Part shown: piece after piece, positions 48,512 to 49,142 of the stretch | How positions within the stretch are numbered: position 1 is the first letter of the stretch | Layout: every line of letters starts with the position of its first letter | From: Neovahlkampfia damariscottae | Lineage: Eukaryota | Reading direction: 5' to 3' | Length of the DNA stretch: 49,142 bases | NCBI GenBank assembly: GCA_016618085.1 | Contig: JABLTG010000148.1 | Span: 1-49,142 of the forward strand | Translations under genes and position numbers: made by a program | The notes under the pieces: generated by a model | Database searches by the model: none | The model's input: only the letters and a program-made list of their open reading frames with translations | Told to the model about the DNA's origin: nothing

Positions 48512-48889
48512 ACTTTATTTCGATTGAAGCAAAAAATGATTGGAACGGAGTTTTTCAACCAATAATAAGAACCAATTCCAAAAAGTAGTAGAGGTGAAAG
48601 ATCCGGACGACGATTAAACTTTTTTTAATTTTCAACCCCCAAGGAAGTAAAAAAAGACCATTTTCGCGGATTTTTCATTTTTTTTGACCAAATCCCCCGA
48701 GACACCCAGAGCCATTTTCATGTCCTCTCACGCCTCAACTCGGCGGTTTTTTGTCATTTGAAAATTTTAATTACCTTCTTACTTTTTTTTATCCATAATT
48801 TTATTGCTTGGCTGTTCTCTTTTATTGGTTCATGGTTATTGGGTTTTGGTTGGTCTAAATTTATGGGTAATAAAAACTACGAGTTTGTA

Positions 48890-49013
48890 AATCCATAATT
48901 TTGGAAGATTTGAATCCTTTATTTTGGAAGTTTGGAGCGTTTTGATTGGCTTAATCCTTTGTTTTGGAGGATTGAATTCTTCTTTTTGGAAGTTCGAGAA
49001 GTTTTTGATGCTT
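48890..49013. repeat. Imperfect tandem duplication of about 62 bp, each copy built from two ~21-bp AATCC..TTTTGGA(A/G)G subunits
   Basis: 48890-48952 aligns with 48953-49013. Confidence 0.7.
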
Positions 49014-49142
49014 TATTTTGAACTTCAATTTGTTGAACATTCAAATGATTTTATTGGTAAATTATAAACCAATCACAATTAAATCAAATTTTGGTCTTCA
49101 AAAATTTGATGAACATTTCAAAAATGTTTTCTAAAACTTTAA

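Noticed and set aside
48584..48620. TAGAGGTGAAA resembling an SSU rRNA segment
   Set aside because: Only about 11 nt match and the flanks do not continue the rRNA sequence.
48890..49013. CRISPR-like repeat array
   Set aside because: Degenerate tandem units without unique spacers, in a eukaryotic context with no cas genes.

Overview
Very AT-rich, extremely gene-dense nuclear DNA from a unicellular eukaryote, probably an aerobic protist (inference; lineage not determinable here). It holds about 33 protein genes split by tiny GT-AG introns of about 27-45 nt, two tRNA genes (Arg-UCU, Gln-UUG), a decayed island at about 7.5-14.2 kb (NMD3 and glycosylasparaginase pseudogene fragments, a broken retropepsin-like ORF) around an intact Pyr4/PaxB-like membrane terpene-cyclase homologue, and a 76-bp hAT-type MITE. 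The most notable signals concern the splicing and expression system. (1) An apparently obligatory single-nucleotide exon (G20380) lies in an OCA/Siw14-like gene, and a 9-nt micro-exon lies inside the MMAA P-loop. (2) A short, divergent U1 snRNA candidate (5' end AACUUACUU) sits in tandem with tRNA-Arg, and its change fits the frequent A at donor position -1. (3) A CCAAT box lies 12-45 nt from most start codons. (4) Stop codons are fused with AATAAA, and convergent genes touch or overlap. All calls come from reading the sequence by eye; no database searches were run.
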